A DNA stretch of 64,000 bases from Gemmatimonadales bacterium UBA4456 (GTDB lineage: Bacteria; Gemmatimonadota; Gemmatimonadetes; Longimicrobiales; Gaopeijiaceae), in contig DGOW01000054.1 in the NCBI GenBank assembly GCA_002390225.1, positions 71,364-135,363 on the forward strand, given 5' to 3'. The notes under the pieces are model-generated. The model saw only the letters and a list, made by a program, of their open reading frames with translations. It ran no database searches and had not been told where the DNA came from. How positions within the stretch are numbered: position 1 is the first letter of the stretch; every line of letters begins with the position of its first letter. The translations under genes and the position numbers were made by a program. Positions 10,101 to 19,623 of this stretch are shown piece by piece.

Positions 10101-11807
10101 ATGTCTTTCATCCGTTTCACGATCGTTCTGGCTGCGTTGGCATGCTGTGCCGCGCCGTCGAACGTACAGGCGCAGACCGTGCTGGCGCGGGTCATCGATG
10201 ACGCCAACGGTCAGCCGATTGTGGGTGCCCAGGTCTATCTCCTGGGTGCGGACGGTGAGGTCGCGCGCAGCGCACTGACAGACGACCTGGGTCGCGCCCT
10301 GTTCGTCGGTGTGTTCGGTGACGCCTGGAGCCTTCGAGCCGAGATGATCGGCCGCGCGATGACCGAGATCGAGGCGTTCGGGGTCGATGCCGGTGAGACT
10401 GTGTCGCATGAGATCCTCATGGCATCGAGTGCGATCGTACTTGAGGGGATCGAGGTGGCGGCCTCGGGGCGCTGCGAGATGCTGAATCGCGCCGAGGGAC
10501 TCGCCGTGGCCGATGTCTGGAACGAGGCGCGCAAGGCACTCGCCGCGGCGTCGATCACGGACCAGCGTGGGCTCTACCGGTATGAGACGGTTCGGTACGA
10601 CCGTCAGATTGATGCGTTCACGAGCTCGGTGATCTCGGAAGAGAGACAGAGCCGTGACAGCTACATGCGCACGCCGTTCGAGAGTCGGCCTGCTGACGAG
10701 CTCGTCCGCGACGGCTTCGTGCAGCAGGACGCCGGGGACGATGTGTATTACGCACCGGACGCCACGGCGCTGCTCTCTGATGTCTTCCTCAATGCGCACT
10801 GCTTCAGGCTAGCCCGTGAGAGAAACGAGGAGGGGCACCTCGGTCTCGAGTTCGAGCCGACAGAGGACAGGGGCGTCCCCGATGTCCGCGGCGTGCTCTG
10901 GCTGGATGCCTCTACGGGTGAGCTGCAGTGGCTAGAGTACAGGTATACCGGCCTGCGACGGGAACTTCGCTCGCCGCGGGCGGGTGGGCGTGTCGACTTC
11001 CGCCGGCTGCCTGACGGATCATGGATCGTTCCGGAGTGGTGGATCCGTATGCCGGTCATCGCCATGCGCGAGGATTTCGAAGGCAACGTGAATGCACAGG
11101 TCGTTCGCTTCCACGAGACGGGCGGTCTGGTGACCGATGTGCGCGAGGCAGGCGGTCGGGGGCTCGGGGCGATGGCCCAGACCGGCGGGATCGAGGGCGT
11201 CGTGCGAGATAGTCTGGGTGTTCCGTTGCGGGGCGTCCGGGTCGGGGTCGTGGGATCCAACCAGGAGGTGTACTCGAACGCTGAGGGCCGTTTCGGCATT
11301 ACCAGTCTCCCGGCGGGTCGCTACCGAGTCAGCTTCACGGACGAGCGGCTCGACATCATGGGATACCGACCCGAGCCGATCGAGCAGGACGTGGTCCGAG
11401 GCGAGATGAGCTGGCTCGAGTACGTCACCCCGTCCGTCGGCGACGTGCTCTTCGAGGCGTGCCGCGATGAAGACGTGACCAACGGATTCACGCGGCTGGC
11501 TGGGTTGGTCGTCGATCGGGCAGGTGACGGCGTGCCGCTGGCCAGCGTGCGGTTGGAGTTCAGTGGGTTTCGTATGCCCACCGGCGTGATCTTCCAGGAC
11601 AACACCTGGATGGAGACGACGACTACGAACACGGGCTTCTTCAAATTCTGCGGGGTTCCACCTGACACTCGCCTGATGCTGGATGCCACGCTGGGCGACC
11701 TCGCGGCCGAGCAGCAGGTCCTGAACCTTCCCGACTACGAGACCGGTCGTGTGGTCGTGCTTCGACTGATCAGCGGAACCGACCCAGGCGGTGTCCCGTA
11801 TCAATGA
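10101..11807 (+). CDS. secreted carboxypeptidase-regulatory-like (CarboxypepD_reg) domain protein, paralog A
   Basis: Track ORF 10095..11807 (GTG); ATG at 10101. Signal peptide ends ...NVQAQ. It has Ig-like CarboxypepD_reg-type segments (VIDDANGQPIVGAQVYL; GIEGVVRDSLGVPLRGVRVGVVG). It is colinear with the next gene. Confidence 0.85.
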   Translation: MSFIRFTIVLAALACCAAPSNVQAQTVLARVIDDANGQPIVGAQVYLLGADGEVARSALTDDLGRALFVGVFGDAWSLRAEMIGRAMTEIEAFGVDAGETVSHEILMASSAIVLEGIEVAASGRCEMLNRAEGLAVADVWNEARKALAAASITDQRGLYRYETVRYDRQIDAFTSSVISEERQSRDSYMRTPFESRPADELVRDGFVQQDAGDDVYYAPDATALLSDVFLNAHCFRLARERNEEGHLGLEFEPTEDRGVPDVRGVLWLDASTGELQWLEYRYTGLRRELRSPRAGGRVDFRRLPDGSWIVPEWWIRMPVIAMREDFEGNVNAQVVRFHETGGLVTDVREAGGRGLGAMAQTGGIEGVVRDSLGVPLRGVRVGVVGSNQEVYSNAEGRFGITSLPAGRYRVSFTDERLDIMGYRPEPIEQDVVRGEMSWLEYVTPSVGDVLFEACRDEDVTNGFTRLAGLVVDRAGDGVPLASVRLEFSGFRMPTGVIFQDNTWMETTTTNTGFFKFCGVPPDTRLMLDATLGDLAAEQQVLNLPDYETGRVVVLRLISGTDPGGVPYQ

Positions 11808-11837
11808 GGTCCTCTCGCACGGATTGATGCCCGACAC

Positions 11838-13544
11838 ATGATGCACTTCTCCCGCCCGCTGCTCGCCCTTGTGGCTGCCCTGCTCGTGGCCCCTGCCGCA
11901 GCGTCTGCGCAGACAATCCTCGTCCGCGTCGTGGGTGACGACGGTGGCCGCCCCATGGTCGGGGCTGTCACCTCCCTGCTGAACACGTCGGGCCAGATGG
12001 TGACGAACACCCTGACGGACGAGAGGGGGCGTGCGCTCTTCATCGACGTTCCGCTCGGGACGTTCTCGGTTCAGGCCGAGATGATCGGGAAGGCCACCGC
12101 CCGGACGGAGGCGTTCGAGATTACGGCGGGTTCGACGGTGTCGCGCGATCTCATGCTGGAGTCGAGCGCGATCATTCTCGAGGGCATCGAGGTCTCGGCC
12201 GACGCGGGTCGGTGCCAGGTCCGGCCCGGTGGGGAGGGCCTGCTGGTCGCGGACGTATGGGCGGAGGCACGCAAGGCGCTCGCCGCCGCGTCGATTACCG
12301 ACCAGGGAGGAGCCTATCGCTACGAGTTGATGAGCTATGATCGCCAGCTCGATCGGCAGAGCGGCACGGTTCTGTCCGAGGAGCAGACGCGGCGGGAGGG
12401 ATACATGACGACGCCGTTCGAAAGCCGGCCTGCCGAGGACCTGATCGAGAATGGCTTCGTCCAGCCCGAGGGGCGGGACTTCCTGTATTACGCGCCCGAC
12501 GCGTCGGTGCTGCTCTCCGACCCGTTCTTGGACTCGCACTGCTTCAAGATGGTCGCTGCTCGCAACGATGACGGGCTGGTCGGTCTCGGCTTCGAGCCCA
12601 CAGGTGACGAGAAGAGCGTGCCGGATATTCAGGGCACCATGTGGCTCGACCCGCAGACGGCCGAGCTCCAGTGGCTCGAGTACCAGTACACCTACCTCGA
12701 TGAGGAGATGACCTCGGAGATGGTCGGTGGCCGCGTCGATTTCGAGAAGATGCCGAACGGAACGTGGATCGTCCCCGAGTGGTGGATCCGCATGCCGATC
12801 ATGGAGAACCAGACCGGGTTCGATCGTCGTGTGCGCAGCTATATCGCGCAGTATCACCAGACCGGTGGCCTGGTGCTCGAGGTGCGGGAAGCCGGTGGGC
12901 GGAGCCTCGGCCAGCGCGCCGAAACGGGGGGGATCGAGGGCGTGGTGCGTGACAGCCTCGGGGTCCCCCAGCGTGGCGTCCGAGTCGGCGTGGTGGGTTC
13001 GAATCAGGAGGTTTATTCGAACGCCGAGGGTGCGTTCAGCATCACGGGCCTGACCGACGGGCGTTATCAGGTGCGGTTCGTGGATACACAGCTCGAGGCC
13101 ATGGGGTACATCCCCAATCCGGTCGAGCGCGATGTGATTCGGGGTGAGATGGCGCTCCTCGAGTTCTTTACGCCCTCGATCGGTGACGTGCTGATCGAGG
13201 CCTGTGAAGGTGTGGAGCGGGAGCGGGGCAGTGTCCTGTTGGCCGGAGCGGTCGTCGACGCGCGAGATCGTCCTGTCGTCAATGCTGAGGTCCAGGTGGT
13301 CTGGGAGGGTTTCTCGACCGCGGGCGGTGGAAACGTCGAACGTGTTCAGGATCTCACCGGGAGCACGTCGGGCTTTTCCACCACATCGAACCAGTCCGGC
13401 TTCTTCAAGTTCTGCGGTGTACCCGCGGGAGCCCGCCTGCAGATCCAGGCGTCGGTCGACAACAACCGCAGCGACGAGGTGGAGTTCATGATTCCGTCTA
13501 CGCAGACCGGTCGGATGACGGTGCTCACGATCGAGGGTCGCTAA
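11838..13544 (+). CDS. secreted carboxypeptidase-regulatory-like domain protein, paralog B
   Basis: 568 aa, alignable end to end with 10101..11807. Shared blocks include SAI[VI]LEGIEV, VADVWxEARKALAAASITDQ, WIVPEWWIRMP and GGIEGVVRDSLGVP. Confidence 0.85.
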   Translation: MMHFSRPLLALVAALLVAPAAASAQTILVRVVGDDGGRPMVGAVTSLLNTSGQMVTNTLTDERGRALFIDVPLGTFSVQAEMIGKATARTEAFEITAGSTVSRDLMLESSAIILEGIEVSADAGRCQVRPGGEGLLVADVWAEARKALAAASITDQGGAYRYELMSYDRQLDRQSGTVLSEEQTRREGYMTTPFESRPAEDLIENGFVQPEGRDFLYYAPDASVLLSDPFLDSHCFKMVAARNDDGLVGLGFEPTGDEKSVPDIQGTMWLDPQTAELQWLEYQYTYLDEEMTSEMVGGRVDFEKMPNGTWIVPEWWIRMPIMENQTGFDRRVRSYIAQYHQTGGLVLEVREAGGRSLGQRAETGGIEGVVRDSLGVPQRGVRVGVVGSNQEVYSNAEGAFSITGLTDGRYQVRFVDTQLEAMGYIPNPVERDVIRGEMALLEFFTPSIGDVLIEACEGVERERGSVLLAGAVVDARDRPVVNAEVQVVWEGFSTAGGGNVERVQDLTGSTSGFSTTSNQSGFFKFCGVPAGARLQIQASVDNNRSDEVEFMIPSTQTGRMTVLTIEGR

Positions 13545-13613
13545 GCCCGATCTGGCGGGTCTGTTCGGCAGCTATGTAGCTTCGGCTGCTCCTCGACTGC
13601 AGCCCCGGAAGCC

Positions 13614-16298
13614 ATGTCTTGCTCCTCCCGCACGTTCCGTTCCGCCTTCCTCCTGGTCGCGGCCCTCTCTGTCGCGATCCCAGCTGCGGCACAGGACCGC
13701 ATGTCGGCCACGGAGCGTCTCGCAGAGTTCGAGCGTCACCGTTCCCTCGTCGCGACCTCTCCCTTCCGCGGCCTGCCCTGGCAGCGCCTCGGGCCGACAA
13801 ACATCAGCGGGCGGGTCACGGACGTGGCCGTCGCCGAACCTCGTGGTGAGACCTACACCATGTATGTGGGCGCGGCGGGCGGCGGCGTGTGGAAGACCGA
13901 AAACGAGGGCGTGACCTGGACGCCGGTCTTTACCGAAGAGGTCACAGCCTCGATCGGTGACATCGCCATCGCTCCATCCGATCACGACCAGGTCTGGGTC
14001 GGCACGGGTGAGGCGAACATTTTCCGCTCCTCACATGCGGGCGCGGGCATCTACAAGTCGACGAATGCCGGCGACTCCTGGACTCACATGGGGCTCGCGG
14101 AGACGCAGACGATCGGTCGCGTCATCGTGCATCCGACCGATCCGAACACGGTCTGGGTCGCAGCCAGTGGGCACGAGTACCGCGACAACCCGGACCGGGG
14201 TGTGTACCGCACGCGTGATGGTGGGCAGACGTGGGAGAACGTGCTGTACGTCGATGAGATGACGGGCGCGATTGATCTGGTCATTCATCCGGAAGATCCG
14301 AACACCCTATTTGCCGCGACATGGCAGCGCCGTCGCGCTGAGTTCAACGATCCGCGCAACGAACCTGCATTCACGGGCTCGAACGACTACTTCACGGGCT
14401 CCGGTGTCTGGAAGAGCACGGACGGTGGCTCGACCTGGCGTCAAATCAACGACGGACTGCCTGAGGCACGCTACCGGGGTCGCATCGGCCTCGATATCGC
14501 CCGGTCGAACCCGGACGTCGTGTACGCGTTCGTCGATAACTACGAGATCGCGCGCGAAGCCCCCGAGGGCGCGACGGATGCTTACGGCCGCCCGCGCGGT
14601 GGCGTGATCCGGGGTGCGACAGTCTTCCGCTCGAGCAACGGCGGTGAAGGGTGGATGCAGACGAGCGAACAGAACGAGTACATGGAGGGTCTCGGCGGCA
14701 CGTACGGCTGGGTCTTCGGCCAGATGCGCGTCGATCCGAACGAAGAGAACAGGATCTACGTGATGGGCGTGCAGCTGCACGTTTCGGAAGACGGCGGGCG
14801 CACGTTCGAACGGATTTCCGGCATGCACGTCGACCACCATGGCCTGTGGATCGACCCGAACAACTCGGACTACCTGGTCAACAACAATGACGGGGGCGCC
14901 TACGTCTCCTACGACGGCGGAGAAAACTGGCGGTTCTTCGTCGAGATCCCGGTCGTGACCTTCTTCAACGTCAACTTCGATCTGGGTGATCCGTTCCGTG
15001 TCTACGGCTCCGTGCAGGACCACGGATCGTACTCGGCCGAGGTCGATCTCAGCCAGGGCCGTCACGCAATCCCGGCCGTCGCGTGGCAGAACGCACCGGG
15101 CGGCGAGGGCAGTCACCACGCCATCGATCCGATCGACGAGGACATCGTCTACTCGGCCGGCTTCTACGGTTCGATCTCCCGCACCGACGTTGGCACCGGA
15201 GAGTCGACCCCGATCATGCCGCAGGTCGAGGAGGGGGCGGACCCGCTTCGTGGCCAGTGGCTCGCGCACTTCATCCTTTCGCCGCACAACGGCGACGTGA
15301 TCTATCACGGAATGAACTACGTCTTCCGATCGACCGATCGTGGAGACACCTGGATGCGGATCTCGCCCGATCTGAGCGCGAACGATCAGGATCGACTCGG
15401 AGACATCCAGTTTCAGACGATCACCGCGCTGGCCGAGTCACCGATCCGTCAGGGTCTGCTGTACGCCGGGACGGACGACGGGTACGTCTGGGTCATGCAG
15501 AACCCGGAGGACGGGTGGACGGAGATCACCGACGGCATGCACCCTGGCCGATTCACCTCGGAGATCGTGGCGTCTCAATACGACGAGTCGACGGTCTACG
15601 TGACGCAGAATGGGCGTCGTAGCGACGACTTTGCACCGTACCTGTGGCGCTCGACGGACTACGGTCAGAGCTGGGAAAGCCTGGCGGCCAATGTGCCCAC
15701 GGGGCCGGTGAACATCCTCCGTGAGGACCCGAAGAACGAGAACATTCTCTACGTCGGCACGGACGTAGGTGTGTATGTCTCGTTGGATCGAGGAGATACC
15801 TGGCAGGCCGTCGCGAACGGTATGCCGAGCACCTTCGTGCACGACCTCGTGATCCACCCGCGGGAAGACCTCATGGTGGCGGCGACGCACGGACAGGGCA
15901 TGCTCGCCTTCGACGTACGCCAGCTGCAGCAGCTCACGCCGGAAATCATGGCTGCAGATGCGCACCTGTTCGCTCCTGAGGACGGCTTCCTTCCGCCGCA
16001 GGGCGGAGGCTTCGGTGCTCAGCATCAGAGTGCCTGGATGCACGTGTGGCTCGGCGACGACAGCACGGGGACGATCGAGATTCGGGATGATGCCGGAGAC
16101 GTCGTGACTCGCCTCGAGGTCGGGGGGTTCGAAGGCCTGCATAAGGTCGAGTGGGGCCTCGAGCCGCAGTTCTCCGCAGGTGGGCAGGGCGGCGGGTTCT
16201 TCCGCCGCCGGAACTACGTGCCCGCGGGCACCTACACTGCGGTCCTCCAGGCGAACGGTATCGAGCTGTCCTCCACGGTGACCGTAGGACGCCGCTGA
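13614..16298 (+). CDS. secreted BNR/Asp-box repeat protein (sortilin/VPS10-like beta-propeller, glycosidase-like)
   Basis: 894 aa with a signal peptide. At least eight Asp-boxes S-x-D-x-G-x-[TS]-[WF]: STNAGDSWT, TRDGGQTWE, STDGGSTWR, SEDGGRTFE, SYDGGENWR, STDRGDTWM, STDYGQSWE, SLDRGDTWQ. Confidence 0.85.
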   Translation: MSCSSRTFRSAFLLVAALSVAIPAAAQDRMSATERLAEFERHRSLVATSPFRGLPWQRLGPTNISGRVTDVAVAEPRGETYTMYVGAAGGGVWKTENEGVTWTPVFTEEVTASIGDIAIAPSDHDQVWVGTGEANIFRSSHAGAGIYKSTNAGDSWTHMGLAETQTIGRVIVHPTDPNTVWVAASGHEYRDNPDRGVYRTRDGGQTWENVLYVDEMTGAIDLVIHPEDPNTLFAATWQRRRAEFNDPRNEPAFTGSNDYFTGSGVWKSTDGGSTWRQINDGLPEARYRGRIGLDIARSNPDVVYAFVDNYEIAREAPEGATDAYGRPRGGVIRGATVFRSSNGGEGWMQTSEQNEYMEGLGGTYGWVFGQMRVDPNEENRIYVMGVQLHVSEDGGRTFERISGMHVDHHGLWIDPNNSDYLVNNNDGGAYVSYDGGENWRFFVEIPVVTFFNVNFDLGDPFRVYGSVQDHGSYSAEVDLSQGRHAIPAVAWQNAPGGEGSHHAIDPIDEDIVYSAGFYGSISRTDVGTGESTPIMPQVEEGADPLRGQWLAHFILSPHNGDVIYHGMNYVFRSTDRGDTWMRISPDLSANDQDRLGDIQFQTITALAESPIRQGLLYAGTDDGYVWVMQNPEDGWTEITDGMHPGRFTSEIVASQYDESTVYVTQNGRRSDDFAPYLWRSTDYGQSWESLAANVPTGPVNILREDPKNENILYVGTDVGVYVSLDRGDTWQAVANGMPSTFVHDLVIHPREDLMVAATHGQGMLAFDVRQLQQLTPEIMAADAHLFAPEDGFLPPQGGGFGAQHQSAWMHVWLGDDSTGTIEIRDDAGDVVTRLEVGGFEGLHKVEWGLEPQFSAGGQGGGFFRRRNYVPAGTYTAVLQANGIELSSTVTVGRR

Positions 16299-16347
16299 GG
16301 TGCAGACGGCCAGGCTGCCCGAGGGGGTCCGCAGGAGCGCAGGGCGC

Positions 16348-17508
16348 ATGGGCATAGTCCGCGCGGGCGTGACTCTCCTGTTCATGATGACGCTGGCCAT
16401 CGGGCCGGCTGACGTCGTGGGCGCCCCGCCCACCGGCGACGAGCTGACCGCGTACCTCGACTCCCTCGTTGCAGAGATGGGCATCCCTGGCATCACGGTC
16501 GGTGTCGCGTGGCCGGATGGCTCCGTGACCGGCCTGGCAGCCGGCGTGGCAGACACCGTGACGGCAGCGCGTCTCGGCCCGGATAGCCGTATGCTCCAGG
16601 GATCGGTGGGCAAGACCTACTTCGGTGCTGTCGCGCTGCAGCTGGTCGCAGAAGGCCGGATCCGTCTGGATGATCGTCTCTCGAGATATCTGGGCGATGA
16701 GCCGTGGTATCCGCGGTTACCCAACGGAGCGGAGGTCACCATCCGGCAGCTCATGAGCCACACGAGTGGCATCGTCCGCTATGAGTTCAACCCAGCCTTC
16801 CTCGAGGATCTCCGTGCCGAGCCGATGCGGACCTTCTCACCGACCGAGCGGCTCGACTACCTGTTCGGCTTCGACCCCCCGTTCGCCGCAGGAGAGGGGT
16901 GGGAGTACTCCGATACGAACTTCATTCTGCTCGCGATGGTGATCGAGGACGTGACCGGAGCAGCTGCGTATGACGAGATCCAGCGTCGTCTCCTCGACTC
17001 GCTCGGGCTCAGTGAGACCATCCGGTCGGACGCTCCGAGCGTGTACGGCCTGGTGAACGGGTACGCAGGCTCACAGAATCCGTTTGGCGTATTTGACGCG
17101 ACAATGGAGCACGGGCGGCTCGTGTTCAACCCGCAGTTCGAGTGGGGTGGTGGAGGGTTCGCGAGTACGGCGGGCGATCTGGCGGAGTGGACCCGGCATG
17201 TACATGAGGGCCGGGCGTTCGACGAGACCCTGCTCGACGAGATGCATCAGGGCACGCCCGCGCCACTCGGCCCGGAGGCGTCGTACGGGCTCGGCGTGAT
17301 CATGATGCAACTCTCCCACGGCACGGCGTGGGGCCACAGCGGATTCATGCCCGGCTACCGCACGGAGGCCTACTACTTTCCGGACCACGGCTTCGCGATC
17401 GCCGTGCAGATCAACACGACGGACAACAGCGTTCTGACGCGGTCGCCACTTCGTATTCTGGACGAGCTCGCCGGACGCATCATCACAGACCTCGAGGAGC
17501 GGTCATGA
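16348..17508 (+). CDS. serine hydrolase, beta-lactamase family (possibly AmiE-like MurNAc-L-Ala amidase)
   Basis: Track ORF 16300..17508 (GTG); ATG at 16348 starts a signal peptide. SVGKTYF is the S-x-x-K motif. Its stop overlaps the NamZ start (ATGA). Confidence 0.85.
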   Translation: MGIVRAGVTLLFMMTLAIGPADVVGAPPTGDELTAYLDSLVAEMGIPGITVGVAWPDGSVTGLAAGVADTVTAARLGPDSRMLQGSVGKTYFGAVALQLVAEGRIRLDDRLSRYLGDEPWYPRLPNGAEVTIRQLMSHTSGIVRYEFNPAFLEDLRAEPMRTFSPTERLDYLFGFDPPFAAGEGWEYSDTNFILLAMVIEDVTGAAAYDEIQRRLLDSLGLSETIRSDAPSVYGLVNGYAGSQNPFGVFDATMEHGRLVFNPQFEWGGGGFASTAGDLAEWTRHVHEGRAFDETLLDEMHQGTPAPLGPEASYGLGVIMMQLSHGTAWGHSGFMPGYRTEAYYFPDHGFAIAVQINTTDNSVLTRSPLRILDELAGRIITDLEERS

Positions 17509-18683
17509 CACATCTACGGGCAATGCCGGGCCTCGATGTGCTTCTGGCCGGTCAGGGTCCGGACCTTCGGGGCGAACGTCTGGGGCTGATCCTGCACCCT
17601 GCATCGGTGACGGCAGATCTGCGTTTCTCCGCCGATGCGCTCCTCGACGCCCACCTCCAGATCGAGGTGCTCTTCGGCCCCCAGCACGGTGCGCGCGGGG
17701 AGAAGCAGGACAATATGATCGAGTCGGATCACTACACGGATCCGGTGACGGGACTCCCCGTGCACTCCCTGTACAGCGAGGTGCGCAAGCCGACGCCGGA
17801 GATGCTCGACGGCCTCGATGCCGTGCTCTTCGACCTCCAGGACGTCGGGGTCCGGGTGTACACCTTCGTCTGGACCATGGCGCTGGCCATGGAAGCGTGC
17901 GCTCAGGCAGGCGTCCGCTTCGTCGTGCTCGACCGCCCGAACCCGATCGGAGGGCTGGTTCGTGAGGGGCCGGTGCTGCGGGAAGGCTACGAGTCTTTCG
18001 TCGGACTTCACCCCATTCCCCTGCGGCATGGACTGACGGCGGGAGAACTGGCCCGCTGGCTCGTGCGTAAGAGGGGAATCGACGTCGACCTGACCGTCGT
18101 GCCCTGCAGTGGCTGGCGACGGTGGATGGTGTGGGACGACACGGGATTGCCGTGGGTCCTGCCGAGCCCGAACCTGCCGACGCCGACTTCGTGTGACGTC
18201 TACCCGGGCATGGTGCTGTTCGAGGGCACGCTGCTGTCAGAGGGGCGCGGGACGACTCGGCCCTTTGAGCTATTCGGCGCTCCCTGGCTCGATCCCAGGG
18301 TCATGACGGACGCGCTCGGAACGGGCCTGGGCAAAGGGTTGGCTGTGCGGCCCTGCCACTTCGAGCCGACCTTCCAGAAGTACGCGGGTCAGGTGTGCGG
18401 TGGTGGCCAGCTCCACGTCACCGATCGGGACCGACTGCGCTCCGTTCGGGCGGCCGTGGCGCTGCTGGCTGCCTGCAGGAAGGTCGGTCCGGATCCGTTT
18501 CCCTGGCGTCCACCGCCCTACGAGTACGAGGAGACTCTCATGCCGATCGACATCCTCTGGGGCAATGACGGGCTACGGACCGGCATCGATGCCGGGGCGG
18601 GACCGGACGAGATTCTCGACGGTGTCGACGTCGAGCTGACGCGGTTCAGTGCTGAGCTCGAGCCCGACCTTTTGTACGAATAG
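17505..18683 (+). CDS. namZ: DUF1343 / exo-beta-N-acetylmuramidase NamZ family
   Basis: Internal Met of track ORF 17328..18683. Contains FGPQHGARGE, SLYSEVRKPTPEML, FDLQDVGVRVYT, LDRPNPIGG, PSPNLPT and SEGRGTTRPFE blocks characteristic of DUF1343. Confidence 0.9.
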   Translation: MTHLRAMPGLDVLLAGQGPDLRGERLGLILHPASVTADLRFSADALLDAHLQIEVLFGPQHGARGEKQDNMIESDHYTDPVTGLPVHSLYSEVRKPTPEMLDGLDAVLFDLQDVGVRVYTFVWTMALAMEACAQAGVRFVVLDRPNPIGGLVREGPVLREGYESFVGLHPIPLRHGLTAGELARWLVRKRGIDVDLTVVPCSGWRRWMVWDDTGLPWVLPSPNLPTPTSCDVYPGMVLFEGTLLSEGRGTTRPFELFGAPWLDPRVMTDALGTGLGKGLAVRPCHFEPTFQKYAGQVCGGGQLHVTDRDRLRSVRAAVALLAACRKVGPDPFPWRPPPYEYEETLMPIDILWGNDGLRTGIDAGAGPDEILDGVDVELTRFSAELEPDLLYE

Positions 18684-18698
18684 GTCTCGCCGTGAGGG

Positions 18699-19091
18699 TC
18701 AGCGGCAACCCGCGGTCTGCTGGAACACTGCCGCGATCTGCAACTCCAGAATGTCCCCCGGGTCGACCTGCATCTCCTGGGTCTGGCACTTCGGGCCGGC
18801 GACCATGTTGATCTCGATGCTCATGAACGCCGACATTCGCCAGTCCATCTCGAACTCCTCTTCCTGCTTGCCACCGACATGACCGATCGACGTGCGACCG
18901 CTCGGTGAGAGCGCGAAGAGGCGCACGTCGTTGAAGTTCATGTTCCGCACCACGATTCGGACCTGCGGGGGTCGACTGGTCGAGGTGAACGCGTACGGAT
19001 CTTCCGCGACGTCGGGGCTTCCTGTCGCACAAGCTGAGAGCCCGGCACACAGCAGCAGAGCCAACGGGGCCGATCGATAGAGGGTACGCAT
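18699..19091 (-). CDS. small lipoprotein, unknown function (paralog 1)
   Basis: Internal Met of ORF 18699..19130. MRTLYRSAPLALLLCAGLSAC is a lipobox. It shares the NMNFNDVRLFA motif and two Cys with the neighbouring gene. Confidence 0.65.
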   Translation of the reverse strand: MRTLYRSAPLALLLCAGLSACATGSPDVAEDPYAFTSTSRPPQVRIVVRNMNFNDVRLFALSPSGRTSIGHVGGKQEEEFEMDWRMSAFMSIEINMVAGPKCQTQEMQVDPGDILELQIAAVFQQTAGCR

Positions 19092-19108
19092 CACGGGAAG
19101 CTGCCGGA

Positions 19109-19525
19109 TCAGCGTCGACCGGCCTGGCACGGCTGCAGTCCCATATTGGCAGGAACCACGAGCCAGACTCGGGCGTTGGGCTCCACCGCGAGCGAATTAC
19201 TGCGGCATCCGCGTCCCCCCACGACATCGACCGAGAACGAGATCGGTATCGCCGCGTTCCATGCGATGCGGAATCGCTGGTCGGTCTTGCCCGTTACCCG
19301 ACCGAGACGGATTCGCTGACCGGATCTCATCGCCCAGATGGTGACATCGTTGAAGTTGCTGTTCTGGATGTCGATCTGGATGGGATCTTCGGACGGGCTA
19401 GCGTTCGGAATCGACGAGGGGTCGAACGGATTGTGGCCAGCCGCCCCACCACCACAGCCCGCCAGGGCGACGGCGAGCGCGAGTGGAATCGCGCGGATCA
19501 TCGATTTCAGAGAAGTCATGGTCAT
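19109..19525 (-). CDS. small lipoprotein, unknown function (paralog 2)
   Basis: ORF 19109..19537; exact start uncertain (Met at 19537, 19525 or 19519). Lipobox LAVALAGC. The NSNFNDVTIWA motif parallels paralog 1. Confidence 0.65.
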   Translation of the reverse strand: MTMTSLKSMIRAIPLALAVALAGCGGGAAGHNPFDPSSIPNASPSEDPIQIDIQNSNFNDVTIWAMRSGQRIRLGRVTGKTDQRFRIAWNAAIPISFSVDVVGGRGCRSNSLAVEPNARVWLVVPANMGLQPCQAGRR

Positions 19526-19623
19526 CGTAACGCACATCGTACGAGATGGTTCCGCCCGGGGCCACGCGCAGGGTACCGGTGTGTTTACCCCGCGGGCTCC
19601 GGTTGGATCGGCCCGGTCCGACG

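Noticed and set aside
11019-12857. 612-aa minus-strand ORF
   Set aside because: It is antisense to the two CarboxypepD_reg paralogs and spans their intergenic gap. It has no recognisable motifs, so it is a high-GC shadow ORF. The same reasoning applies to 14307..15308, 15438..16613, 20011..21462, 53520..54389 and similar long antisense ORFs.
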